Assembly (NCBI RefSeq): GCF_009914755.1
Contig: NC_060936.1
Origin: the human T2T-CHM13v2.0 reference genome, Homo sapiens
Direction: 5' to 3' (one strand)
DNA: 64,000 nucleotides
A program made the position numbers and the translations under genes. Positions 12,420 to 25,910 of the stretch are shown one piece after another. Within the stretch, counting starts at the first letter, position 1, and each line of letters starts with the position of its first letter. The notes beneath the pieces were generated by a model. It saw only the letters and a program-made list of their open reading frames with translations, was not told where the DNA came from and did no database searches.

Positions 12420-14085
12420 TGATCTCCCCTGAACTCCAGACTGTATGTCAACAATTACCCACATGACAGCTCCATTATGATGTCTAATTGATATCTCAAA
12501 GTCAATGTGTTTAAAACCTCAGGACCTTTGCACATTCTGTTCTCTCTGCTGGAAATGGTGTTCCCCAGGATAGCTACGTGGTACACCCCTTCACCTCCTT
12601 CATGTCTTTACTTCAATCCTACCTCCTTGGTGAGGGCTTTTTTGAAACCCTCTTTATAATCACAACCCCTACCCGTGATGCTTCCTAATCTTATCCTTGC
12701 TTTGGTTTTTTTCTTAGCGCTTACCACCACCCAGCATACTTAAAATTTGTTATTTCTGTGTGTTCTCTTTTCCCCACTAGAGAGAAAGTTCGTGAGGGCA
12801 GGATTTTTGTTTGTTTCATTCACTGCGTCTGGGACAGTGCCTGGCATTTGGTACACATCATTTTATTGAATACATTAAGTCATTCTTTTTTTTTTTTGAG
12901 ATGCAGTCTTCCTCTGTTGCCCAGGCTGGAGTACAGTGGTGAGATCTCGGCTCACTGTAAGCTCTGCCTCCCGGGTTCACACCATTCTTCTGCCTCGGCC
13001 TCCTGAGTAGCTGGGACTACAGGCACCCACCACCACACCTGGCTAATTTTTTGTATTTTTAGTAGAGATGGAGTTTCACCGTGTTAGCCAGGATGGTCTC
13101 AATCTCCTGACCTTGTGATCTGCCCACCTCGGCCTCCCAAAGTGCTGGGATTACAGGCATGAGCCACCGCACCTGGCCACATTAAGTCATTCTTGATTCC
13201 TGTCAATTCTCATACACCCCAGAGACAATTCATCAGCAAATTCTGTTGGATGTATGTTCAAAATAGATCCAGAACACATCTGGTTCCTACCACCTCCACC
13301 ATTTCCACCCTGGTGCAAACCACATCATCACTCGCCTGAATTATAGTAAGAGCATCCCTACCTGGGCTTCCTGCTTCCACCTTTGCTTCCTGTCAGTCTG
13401 TTCTCAAAACAGCCAGGGGGATCCTGCTAAGTGTAAAAGTCAGATCACGTCACTCTTCTGCTGGTTATCATGCTCCTGACTTCCTATCTCATGTGCAGTA
13501 AAAGCGCCACATCTTTACAAGTTGCTCCTGGTCTGCCCTCTGCCCTTCCCTCTCTGCCCCAGACGTTCACCTCGGCCTCTCCGTGGTCATCTTCAGCTGC
13601 CTCCAGGCTCCCGCTTGCTCTCTCTGCTCCAGCTGCGCAGGCTTTCCTCTTGAGCTTCAAATACACCAGTCGCTTTCCTGCCCCGGGCTTTTGTGCTTGC
13701 CATTTCCCTCTGCCTGTAATACTCTTCTCCAGGTACCTGCACGATTGCCTCCCTCACTTCCTTCAGGTCTCAAATGTCTTCCTATCAGAGAACCTTCTTT
13801 CTCAAAGGTGAGACCCACCTTCACACTGCTGAGCGCCCCCGGTTTGCTCTCTAGCGCTTGACACCTCCTGAGTCACGCATAGTGAATTGTCTATCATCTA
13901 TCTTCTCCTCTCCCCATCCAGCCCTCTCTCCCACTCCCACCCACACCCACACCCACAACGTTCTTGGGTGTAAACTCCATCAGAGCAGGGACTTTGTTGG
14001 GGATGACCCTCAGTGCCGAGAACAGCAGATGGTACAATGGAGGTCTGCAATAAATATTAGTGAAGTGGATAAACATTGAATGAAG
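12420..14085 (+). mobile_element. L2 fragments (two 3' ends), split by an Alu
   Basis: ctcaggacctttgcac; gagggcagg..ttgtttcattcactg; aataaatatt..tgaatga tails. Confidence 0.75.
12888..13178 (-). mobile_element. AluY-like
   Basis: TSD acattaagtcattctt (12872, 13179); Y-type motifs gttcacaccattct, gttagccaggatgg. Confidence 0.9.
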
Positions 14086-14328
14086 CGTCTATGCCAGGAG
14101 CGAGGAGGATCTGAACTAAGGAGGGAGCAGATGTAAGACCAACTAAGGAGGTATGAGCTGCAGAGTTTGTTGGAAACAAAAGAAATCAGAGCTCAGGCTC
14201 ATCAAAAGTAAATTAACAAAATAAATTAATTTAAAATTAATAAAAGAGCTTTCATTTCATTTCTTTTATTTAAAATAGAACTAATGCCTTATGACCCAAA
14301 TTCCCTTCCCTCATCTTTAGAAACATCA

Positions 14329-14784
<456 letters not shown>

Positions 14785-14808
14785 TCATAAAAGTTATTTT
14801 TTTTTTCT

Positions 14809-15118
14809 GGCCGGGTGTGGTGACTCATGTCTGTAATCCCAGCAGTTTGGAAGGCGGAGGCAGGAGGATCACTTGAGGCCCGGAGTTCAAGACCAGCCTG
14901 GGCAACATAGCAAGACCCTGTCTCTTAAAAGAACATAAAAAAAGACAACAACGACAAAAAAACAAAATTAGCTGGGCATGGTAGCGCACCTGTAGTCCCA
15001 GCTACTCGGAGGCTGAGGTGAGAGGATCACTTGAGTCCAGGAGGTTGAGGCTGCTGTGAGCTGTGATTGCACCACTGCAGTCCAGCCTGGGGGACAGAGT
15101 GAGACCCTGTCTCAAAAG
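14809..15118 (+). mobile_element. AluJ
   Basis: J motifs (ggatcacttgag, gaggctgctgtgagctgtgat); TSD aaagttatttttttttt. Confidence 0.85.
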
Positions 15119-15342
15119 AAAGTTATTTTTTTTTTCCAACTCACCACCTCCCACTTCTCCCTACTCACCCCTCCAGGGCTTTCTACATGCTTCTCTTTTT
15201 GTGTCTTTCATAATGCTCATATTTACTGAACTTTGTGCTACGCAGTGCATATGTCTCATTTAATCTTCATAACTACCCTGTGTGGTGCTATTATTATTCC
15301 CATTTTACAAAATGGGGAAACTGATGCTTTCAGAGCTAAGTA

Positions 15343-15750
15343 GTGTAGTGGATACTGTCAGTGCCTCTCCCAAGTCCCTCAGGGCCTCCCCATTTCAACG
15401 GGACACTGACTGACTTCCTGCTGCCAGGATCTGTGTCTCTCTGCCTAAAGGCCTTCCCTGGCCACCAGAGCAGGCTAGAAGTGCTGGGAAATTAATGCCC
15501 ACTTCCCACCCTGGCACATACCTCAGCAGACTTTAGCCAATGACTAACGGGAGTTGGTGTATAAATACCCCAGCTCCCTTGCTACTTGGGTGAGAGAGTA
15601 CTGAGATCCATTTTCCACACTGGCTTCTGGAGGTTCCTAGTAGGATTACGCTTCAGTGGTCCACATAACAAGGTTCTTGATAATGAACCTTCTATTGCAG
15701 TAGAATCCTCATGTCAGCACCTGCTTCTAGATGCTGACCAAACTAAGATA
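15343..15750 (+). mobile_element. LTR16C-like ERVL LTR inserted in a minus-strand MIR (15200-15850)
   Basis: tgtagtggatactg..agccaatgact..tataaataccccagctccc..aaactaaga; MIR halves on both sides. Confidence 0.65.
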
Positions 15751-16769
15751 AGTCTTTGCCTAAGACTGTATAGCTACCAGGTGGCAGAGCTGAGCTGCAG
15801 ATGCAAACTGCCTGATTCCAGAACCTGTGTACTTCATCATGACGTACTACTTCTTTCCTTCTGTTTAGTAATTTATTTTTTTCTTTATTCCGTCCCTTGT
15901 AGTAGTGATCAACTTTTTCCTAATGTGTCAAATCATAGAAAAAAATAGTTACTTTGCTTTAAAATTTAAAACAAAAACTATCCTGACAACCCAATACGTA
16001 ACTTTAGCAATTTCTTCAGATTGAAAATTAAGTTTATAATGAAAAATTTATTATAGTTGTGCAAGGACATGTTCCCACAAGTCTATGGACTAGGATTAAT
16101 GGGGACATCATATGATATAAGTCATGACAGGAAGAGGGCCCCAGGTGGATTTACAATGTTAGGGGCTCTCTGTTAAGTTAAAAATGAATTTACTGGAAGG
16201 CCTTTGTCAGATTATGAAATTGAGAGAAAAGTTGGACAGGCAAGTCCCAGAAAGAACAGAAACCACAGCAGCTTTGCAGAACCAGGGACCAGAAACAAAC
16301 ACGCAATCTTTTCAGGGTTCTATAGTCATGTTGATTCAGCTTCGATCCTTCTCCATCCTGGTGAGTCTCATTCCAGGGACAGAGATAATCTGATTGGCTG
16401 AGCTGCAATGCAGGAAGGAGGAGAACTTAGATGGACACAAACAACAGAGGAGATACTTTTCCCAAAACCAAATCACCTGGCTGCTTCTACAGCAGATGGG
16501 ATTCTGGGCAGTTAAAAGTAATAAATGGTATTGAGAAAGAGAAAGAAAAATGGCTGCTGAGTAAGGAAAAGGCAAGGGAAGGAGAAAACAGCAGCACACA
16601 GAGGAGACAGGGCATTCTGCAAAGAAAAAGAATGATGGATCTTCCCAGCTGCCTTCAGGGACCATGCAGTCTGCCACCTTCTGGCTTAATCCCCTACTTA
16701 ATCCCTTTTGTCCATCCTGCCCCAGACTCACTGGTTTCCTTGTCATCCCCTATCCTACCAGGTACATAA

Positions 16770-17030
16770 GGGCCTCAGGACTTTTGCACTTGCTGTTCCC
16801 ATTTCTGGAGTAGTCTCCCCTCTGATGTCAGCAAAACTACTCCCTTATCTCCTTCTGGTCTTTCTTCAATTTCACCTTCCCAAGAGATCCCTTTCCTGAC
16901 GGCCCAGTCCCTCCACTTCCTACCCGCTTCTGTGCCTTGTCTCCAGGCAGAGATTCTGTAACTGCAGTTTTGAGAATCATTCCTGACACACAGGAGGTGC
17001 TTGATAAACATTTGTTGAATAAACAATACG
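16770..17030 (+). mobile_element. L2 3' end
   Basis: ctcaggacttttgcacttgctgttcc..aaacatttgttgaataaa. Confidence 0.7.
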
Positions 17031-18294
17031 TGGTTTCTCCCCTCTTTTTTCTATTATATTAAGGCTTTGGACATGAGGTTTCAAGCCACAGGCAGATGGG
17101 GATTCCCACTAGGAATGGCGTTCCAGTTTCTACATGCCATTTCCTGGCTCTGTGTTTTCTGTAAGTTAAAGTTTAGTTTCATAATCTTGTGCTTATGATA
17201 ATAACAATATTTATATAAAATAATATAGAATAATAATCCAAGAGGAGTGGTTAGCATGATTATCTGTTATTTCATATAGTCCTAGGGGTTCTAGGAAAGT
17301 GAAAAGGGTAGGCCAGCAAGAGCATAAAATTAATTAACTGAGAAACTCATGGAAGAATGAACGGACCTCGGTCTTACTCAAATGAAAAATAATCCTCACC
17401 AAGCTTAAAGATCCACTTCCTGTGTGATTTTTATAAGCCATTTTTCTCTTAGAGTTTCAAAATACAGTTTAATTTATATATTTTATTTTGCAAGTCACCA
17501 GGCAGTAGTATTAAGCTTTTTTTTTTGGGTCTGCTGATTTGGGTACAAGTTGCAAAATAATGTTTTTGAATTAAATACATTACAAAGTCTTGCTCTAATT
17601 TTCTGAGATTAAGTAACATGAATTAGCTGAAGTTTGAGGCATAATAAAAGATAAATATGCATTATCAAAAATTGACTTAATGACCACTAAGATATAATAG
17701 CTAACATTTCTCGAGCACTTAAAATGGACCAGGCACTATGCCATGTGGGTATGTTCAACACAAATTTACATACATTTACACAAACTTACATTTCAACTTC
17801 AAATCCATAAACATTTATCAGGCCCTTGTGCTAGGCAATGAATATGCAAAGATAAATAAATCACAATTCATGTCTTCAACTTTTTTGTGTTAATTTCTTT
17901 TATTGAAATATGAATGAAATAATATGGAAAAATCTCCATCAGGTTTGAAGACGTGTGCCCTCATTATCTTCATCTGGGCACAAAAAGGTCTTCATACTTG
18001 GTTGATGCTGGCTTCATACTTGCTCATCTTCCCTGTATCATTGCCTGTTTTCTCCACAAATCATATCCTAACCCTACACATTTCCCTAAATAAGCCACAT
18101 GTTCTTACAGCTTGTGGTCTTTATTCAGATTATTCCCTTTGCTTGAATTCTCTGATCTGTCAGCTGAATTCCAAATGCCCTTCAAAACTTATTCCAAATA
18201 TCAACTCCTCCATGGGGTCTTCCTTGAAACCCCATTCCCCACTTCATCCCTTCATCCCCTAGGACTGATGAGCTGATCTACAGTTGTGGACTTT

Positions 18295-18857
18295 TTTTGT
18301 TTTTGCCTTTCCAGTGTCTAATTGCCCTTCTTTTGGTAACAGTGCTCTACTTTTCATCAATGAAATCACTTATCCCACTTTTAGTTCATAAGTTTTGGGT
18401 GAGACTGATCCTGCCTCCAGCTTCACAAGGTGGGTGCTTGATTTTAAAGTCCCAGTTCAGAGTCCCAGTGCGTGGCTCAGGGATGGACCCAAGACTCATC
18501 CAGACCAATGAAGACCAGCTCCAGGACATTTACTACAGCTGTTGAGAAAGGATCTCCCCATTTCAGATGAGGTTGGTAGACCAGCAGACCAATCTAGTGG
18601 TCACCTTTAGTCCACATGCAGAGAACGTATCAGAAAAAACCATCACAGAAGAAAGCAGAGCAAAGAGGGAGAGAGAAAGAGAGGCAGGTTTCTAAAGATG
18701 TGGATCCCGCTTTGAAATTCTTGAAAAGTTTACCTGGAGATAGATCAGCTGTTTCTTTTTGAATCAATGAATGAGCCAATAAATTCTCCATTTCCTTTAA
18801 ACGAGTCTAAGTTGGATTTCAATCATTTGCAATAGGGAGCATTCTGTTAAATATACC
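18295..18857 (+). mobile_element. MLT1 (J/K-like) LTR
   Basis: atgagccaataaattc..aagttggatttc..catttgcaa 3' end. Confidence 0.55.
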
Positions 18858-19329
18858 CTTCCTCACTGTGAGATAGATGTATGATAGATACATAGAGATA
18901 GATATAGAGAGATAGATGTTATAAACAATAATCAGCACTATTTTCACTATACTGGATGTCTTCTCTCCCACAAAATTGTGAGGTTCTTAAGGAAGGAACA
19001 TGTCCTGTTCTTCAATATCTCTTTAGTACCTAGCAAAGTGCTTGTTGAATTAGCAAAAGGATGAGTCATTCCTTTCTCTACATAAGGATGTAGTAGAATG
19101 CTATAGAACCTGAAATGAACTTAGCTAATCCCAGGAACGTTCCAAGCCATACTTAATGCATTTATGTCATATTGATGATGATGGAATTTATGGGATTAAC
19201 CTTCATAACCTCCTAGGAGAAAATATTAGGATGATTACACCTATCATTTTGACACCATTCTGTTTATAAGAGATAAAAATCTCTACCTTTAGAAAAGTAT
19301 GGTACCATGTGATATGGGCCAGAATTAAT

Positions 19330-19525
19330 CCTAATAACAACAAAATCCATGTGCACTTACTATGTGCCAGGCTCTGTTTCAAGTGCTTTGCATGTATTCA
19401 CTCATTTAATCCTCACAACAACTTTATGAGCTAGATACTATTGTTACCTCCATTTTCATCCAGGAAAAGAGGCACAGAGAGTTTTACCATTTGCTCAAGT
19501 TCACACAGGTAGCACATGGCAAGCC
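19330..19525 (-). mobile_element. MIR
   Basis: cacttactatgtgccaggc..catttaatcctcacaacaac..gaggcacagagag. Confidence 0.8.
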
Positions 19526-19922
19526 TTCCCTTCAGTAAAAGATACAGTCTAGGATGGTGGAGGCTAAGTCAAGAAAGGCTTTTAAATCGTGTCTTAGCTA
19601 AATAAAAGGAGAAGAAAATAAGGGAAAACCTCATTTTATAGAATAGAAAGCAAAGGTCCAGATTCTGTTTTATTTAAAAGTTCAGGGCCAGCTTTATGCA
19701 AACTAAGAAATTAGAAGGAGTTTTTAATTAGCATGTACTCGCCCCTTTCAATATCCAGCCTCTGTCGTCTTTGCCTTCCCAGGTACTCTCATCCCTCCCC
19801 TTTACCCTCTATGAATGCATGCTTTGGACAATGTCTACCCCAAGTCCACAACTCTAATCTCCCACTTGATTAAAATGCCTAAATTCCTTCCCTGCTTCCT
19901 ATGGAGACTTTTACACACAAGG

Positions 19923-22235
19923 GTAATTAGTTTGTTCCCACACTGCTATAAAGAACTGCCTGAGACTGAATAATTTATAAAGGAAAGAGGTTTAATTTAC
20001 TCACAGTTCAGCATGGTTGAGGAGGCCTCAGGAAACTTACAATCATGGTGGAAGGGGAAGCAAACACATCCTTCTTCACATGGCAGCAGGAGAAAGAAGT
20101 GGCAAGCAAAGGGGGAAAAGCCCCTTATAAAACCATCAGATCACATGAGAACTCATTCACTATCATGAGAACAGCATGGGGGTAACCACCCCCATGATTC
20201 AATTATCTCCCACTGGGTTCCTCCCATGACATGTGGGGATTATGGAAACTACAATTCAAGATGAGATTTGGGTGGGGACATAGCCAAACCATATCATTCC
20301 ACCCCAGCCCCTCCCAATTCTCATGTCCTCAAATTTCAAAATACAATCATGCCTTTCAACGAGTTCCCCAAAGTCTTAACTCATTCCAGCATTAACCCAA
20401 AAGTCCAAGTCCTCTGCCTCAGCTGAGACTTTGCCGTTGAGTCCCTTCTGTCTATGAACCTGTAACATCAAAAGCAAGTTTAGTTACTTTCTAGATACAA
20501 CGGGGGTACAGACATTGGGTAAATGCACACATTCCAAGTGGGAGAAATTGGCCGAAACAAAGTTTTGCAAGTCTGAAATCCAATAGGGCAGTCATTAAAC
20601 CTTAAAGTTCCAAAATGATCCCCTTTGACTCCATGTCTCACATCCAGCTCAAGCTGATGCAAGAGATGGGCTCCCACAGCCTTGGGCATCTCCACCCCTA
20701 TGGCTTTGCAGGGCACAGCTCTCCTCCTGGTTGCTTTCACAGGCCGACATTGAGTGTTTGTGACTTTTCCAAGTGCAAACTGTCCGTAAGTCTACCATTG
20801 TGGGGTCTGGAGGATGGTGGCTCTCTTCTCACAGCTCCATTAGGCAGTGTCCCAGTGAGGACTCTGTGTTTGGGCTCAAACCCCACATTTCCCTTCCTCA
20901 CTGCCCTAGCAGAGGTTCTCCATGAGGGCTCCACCCCTGTGGCACACTTCTGCCTGGACATCCAGGCATTTCCATACATCCTCTGAAATCTGGGCGGAGG
21001 TTCCCAAACCTCAGTTCTTGACTTCTGTCTACCTGCAGGCTCAACACCACATGGGAGCTACCAGGGATTTGGGGTTTACACCCTGAGCTGTACCTTGGCC
21101 CCTTTTAGCTATGGCTGAATCCAAAGCAGCTTAGATGCAGGGCACCATGTCCCGAGGCTGCACAGAACAGGGGGGCCCTCAGGCTGGCCCACAAAACCCA
21201 TTTTTCCCTTCTAGGCCTCCTGGCCTGTGATGGGAGGGGCTTCTGCCAAGGTCTCTGACATGCCCTGGGGACATTTTCCCCATTGTCTTGGTTATTAACA
21301 TTTGACTCCTTGTTACTTATGCAAATTTCTGCAGCAGGCTTGAATTTCTTCCCAGAAAATGGGTTTCTTTTTTATTGCATTGTCAGGCTGTGAATTTCCC
21401 AAACCTTTATGCTCTGCTTCCTCTTCAACACTTTTCCGCTTAGAAATTTCTTCCACTAGATACCTTAAATTATCTCAAGTTCAAAGTTCCACAGATCTCT
21501 AGGGCAGGGGCAAAATGCTGCCAGTCTCTTTGCTAAAGCAAGAATGACCTTTATTCCCATTCCCTGCAAGTTCCTCATCTCCATCTGAGACCACATCAGC
21601 CTGGACTTCATTGTCCATATCACTATCAGCAATTTGATCAAAGCCATTCAACAAGTCTCTAGGAAGTTCCAAACTTTCCCACATCTTTCTGTCTTCTGAG
21701 CCCTCCAAGTCTCTAGGAAGTTCCAAAATTTTTCACATTTTTTCTGTCTTCTTCTGAGCCCTCCAAACTGTTCCAACCTCTGTCTGTTACCCAGTTCCAA
21801 AGCTGCTTCCACATTTTCAGGTATCCTCATAGCAGCACCACACTCTCTGCAGTATCAGTTTACTGTACTAGTCTGTTCCCATGCTGATATCAAGAATTGC
21901 CTGAGACTGGGTAATTTATAAAGGAAAGAGGTTTCATTGATTCACAGTTCTGCATGTCTGGGGAGGCCTCAGGAAACTTACAATCCTGGTGGAAGGGGAA
22001 GCAAATATGTCCTTCTTCACATGGCGGCAGGAGAGAGAAGTGCCACGAAAAGGGAGAAAACCCCTTATAAAACGATCAGATCTCATGAGAACTCACTCAC
22101 TATCACAAGAACAGCAAAGGGGTAATCACCCCATGATTCAATTACCTCTCACCAGGTCCCTCCCATGACACATGGGGGTTATGGGAACTATAATTCAAGA
22201 TGAGATTTGAGTGGGGACATAGCCAAACCATATGA
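19923..22235 (-). mobile_element. Two-LTR THE1 (D-like) MaLR element: LTR ~19923-20296, internal 20297-21863, LTR 21864-22235
   Basis: Two ~370-bp direct repeats ending ccaaaccatat(c/g)a flank ~1.57 kb of typical THE1-int sequence. Confidence 0.92.
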
Positions 22236-22489
22236 AATGCTAATACATTAAACACTTCTCTCTTTCAGTGTACTGGCCCTTCTAAGGGGTGTTTGAATTT
22301 TAAACACCAGGCTCTAGAAAATAGTAACAAAAATCTTTAGTCAAAGGAAGATTTTGGCTTTGAACATTCCATATAATTATAGGCATATAGGTACAGAGTA
22401 ACTTGGATGCTTTTGATAAGAAAATAACTATGGGTGATAGTCACTGAAAGCTTACTATGAGCAAAGCTCTGTGTCTAATATTTACATGA

Positions 22490-22850
22490 TGTGGCAGAGA
22501 TTATTAATTTCCCCCATTTTCCATTATTCAATGCATTTCTTTGATATTAAAAGAAATTCCGGTTTTTAGTTGGGCATGTGGCTTGCTAGAATAAAAACAT
22601 TTCCAGCTTCCCTTTCAGTTTGAGTGGCCATATGCTTAAGTTCTGGCCAGTGGGTTAGAAACACAAGTGTCATGTGTAATGTTTGGGAAGTGTACTTAAA
22701 GAAAAGTGGCATGCACTTCTTTGTGCCTTCCTCCTTCCTGCTGGTTGTCCTGTATACATGACAGGGATGCTCAAGCAATTATCTTGGGCCATGAGGTGTG
22801 ATGCCATGTGCTGGGATGGCAGTTGCCCATGCTGAGCTCTTCTAAATTCA
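22490..22850 (+). mobile_element. MLT1 (G/H-like) LTR fragment
   Basis: catttccagcttcc..gtggccatatg..aagttctggcca motif. Confidence 0.55.
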
Positions 22851-23149
22851 TCAATCATGTAAGTCACTCCTTCTTCTTTGGGAATCACAGAAAATCCCTG
22901 AGTTCTACCCTAATGGAAGTTCCACAAATGGAAACATGAGGAATGGGAAATCAGTTATCCAGTAATAGGAATTTTTTCTCTAATTTAATATGACTGGTAA
23001 AATTTATTTTTTTAAATATCACTTTTACTTTTGGAAACTAAAATTGAGTAATATAATAAGCGTACAGCTAGGACTTTAGTTCAAATCAACCTGTAAAATC
23101 ATGTGTGTAATCACCATGCTATAGTGCACTAAGATCCCATTACTAATAA

Positions 23150-23347
23150 TAGTATGCTGGTGAATATTTAGCTGGCAGGGGTTGGGAGGAAAAGCTCTGA
23201 ATTTTAGTGTTTGCTGATTTCCTCAATGTAAATATTTCCACCAGGCTGATTTTAAGCAACCAACAATTCAGCAATAGGCTTGCAAAACTCCTGAAAATTT
23301 AGCAATCTCTTCTTGTGAGATTATATGAGCTAGCTCCAGGACACCTG
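23150..23347. mobile_element. MER63A-like hAT MITE
   Basis: Termini agtatgctggtgaatattta ... gctccaggacacc; gcaaaactcctgaaaatttagcaa. Confidence 0.6.
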
Positions 23348-24924
23348 TGAAATATACTTGGCTGAGCCTAAGAGACATTCCAGGCAAGCTTCAGGATGTC
23401 TCGGACTGTCTTTCCTATCACTCAGATTTTATGGGTTTGGCTCCACCTAGGATGACACCATGTCAGAGCTAGCAGAACACCTAGTGCACCCACATGATGT
23501 TGGTCATGAAGTGATTAAAGAGTAACAGCTTGACCAATGGCTTCTGAGGAAACTTAATGGAGCTACATAGGAAGTGCCATCACTTTCCTGTTCCTTTTTA
23601 ATGGGCGATCCATTTTTGGAGAGACCACAAGTAGCAAATAACTCTTCTGGCCAAAGAGAGTTTAAAATGCTCCTCCTGCTGACAAAATGCAGAGAATGCC
23701 ATCACTGGAGCTGAGGAAATACCATTTTGCCAAGAGAATTAGGGCTGGAGCATAAAGAGAAAGTGCTGTTGTCACAAATCCACGGTCAACACTTTACAGG
23801 CACGTTTAAGGAACTCAGTGCTTCCTACGGGAATCAATGGATAAAGACCCAATTCAATGAGAGCTGTAATTTGAGCAAGTGCTGGAGGAACAATTAAGAC
23901 ATTTAAAAAGGGGTCTGTGGTGACGAGGGCAATGTGGGATGCACAGATGAGGATATGGACAAAACCTGCCTTGAGAAAGCTCTCTTACCACATCCTTAGG
24001 AAGAAGGGTAGAAACTCTTAATGGAACCCACTGTGCATCCTTTGTAAAGTGCGGATGGTGGGTGTGTGCCAGAACTATAAATAGTTCTCCTGACATATTA
24101 GGTTCAGTTTCTCTCAATGAGTCATCTTGTTGACTACAAACATTCTTGAGCTAAAGAAGCTCTTCAGATTTGTTGAATACAGATACTCAATCTAGAGGAC
24201 CCTGTGAGAGGCTGAGAGTCAAGGTTCTCCATGTTAGCAATATAGGACCATCAGCCCCAGCCCAGAATTTGATCTCACCTGAGGCCTAATCCTGTCTGTC
24301 TGCATTATGTAAGCAGGACATTTTTACCTTGCTTTCTGCTCTCCTTCACATGTCTCTGCTCCCTAAGAGAATCAGTTCCAAGGTCCTAGTGTTTTTGATC
24401 CAGCTCACTTTTCTTTGAATTTGTTTGCAAAACACACACTCTGTGGAGATTCTTTTGTTTTTTCCTTGTAGTAGCACTGTGCTGCTCCAAGGGCAGAGCT
24501 GTAGATGTCTTACATGCAAGTATTGGGGGATGAAGGTGTAATATTCACCTCTTAGTTCACGGACAAGCTTCTAAGGGTTCATAAACTCCTAGCTTGAGTG
24601 GATCATGTCACTGTGTTCAGTTTTCTGGGTAGTGGGCCTATTAGATTCTAAATGGACTCTGTGACACCCCCACCCCCCATCACCACCTGAATATTAAGAT
24701 CTGCTGAAATTGTCCCTATCTTTTGGAAATTTTAAGCATTTGACTTCAAACTATGCCCTTTTTTTGTCATCCTGCCCCCACTGGCAACTTACACTTGGAA
24801 ATGTGGACGTGACATCTTTTCTTCCATATTCTCTCAACATGATCTTCTTATCATTTATCATTATTATTATTTTTTAAATTCTGTACTGTTGAGAGAAAAC
24901 TTTGGAAAATAGGTAAATGGATAA

Positions 24925-25246
<322 letters not shown>

Positions 25247-25469
25247 GAAACTAATATTTCTAATCTGGGTCTAAGGCATTTCATGGAAAAATATTTAAGT
25301 GTTAATGAGAAACTACCAAAACGACTTTTATTAGTAAAAATATATGAAATCAGTGAATCCAAAAAATCAATATGTAGATAGGAGAGAGTCATTTTTAGCA
25401 GAGAAGGCATATAATGTGCTTAAGGATAAATTAGAGAACAGCAATGGAGCAAGAAACTCCTCTAATTCC

Positions 25470-25636
25470 TGGCCACTGAAAGTGTGTCCATGGATCAGCA
25501 TCTTAGACATCATCTGGGAACATGTTGGAAATGCAGAGTCTTGGGCCCCACCCCAGACCTGTGGAATCAGAATCTGCATTTTAGCAAGATGAATTCCAGG
25601 TGATTCGTATGTAACCCAAGTTTGAGAAGCACTGCT
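25470..25636. mobile_element. MER5A hAT-Charlie MITE
   Basis: gaaatgcagagtc..gggccccaccccagacc..gaatcagaatctgcatttt..aagtttgagaagcactg. Confidence 0.85.
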
Positions 25637-25749
25637 GTCATCTATTTCCCCCATGCAAATGCAAGACCATGCCAAAACATCACACTCTGAAAATCAGAGC
25701 CAGGATATGTGAGTGGTGACTATATGCTGGAAATCAGGTTACACACCTG

Positions 25750-25910
25750 ATGTGGATAATCTCACTAATCCACATGACAATCCTTTGAGGTAGGTACTAT
25801 TATTAACCTCATTTTATAGTTGAGGAAATGGAAGCTTAGGGAATATGAGTAATTTACATAGATCTCCAGCCTGGATTCGACTCCAAAGCTCAAGCATTTA
25901 ACCACCGCCT
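25750..25910 (-). mobile_element. MIR
   Basis: tgaggtaggtactattatt..cattttata..tgaggaaat. Confidence 0.7.

Noticed and set aside
20480-21830. ORFs within the THE1 internal region
   Set aside because: Broken MaLR-internal remnants with stops and frameshifts
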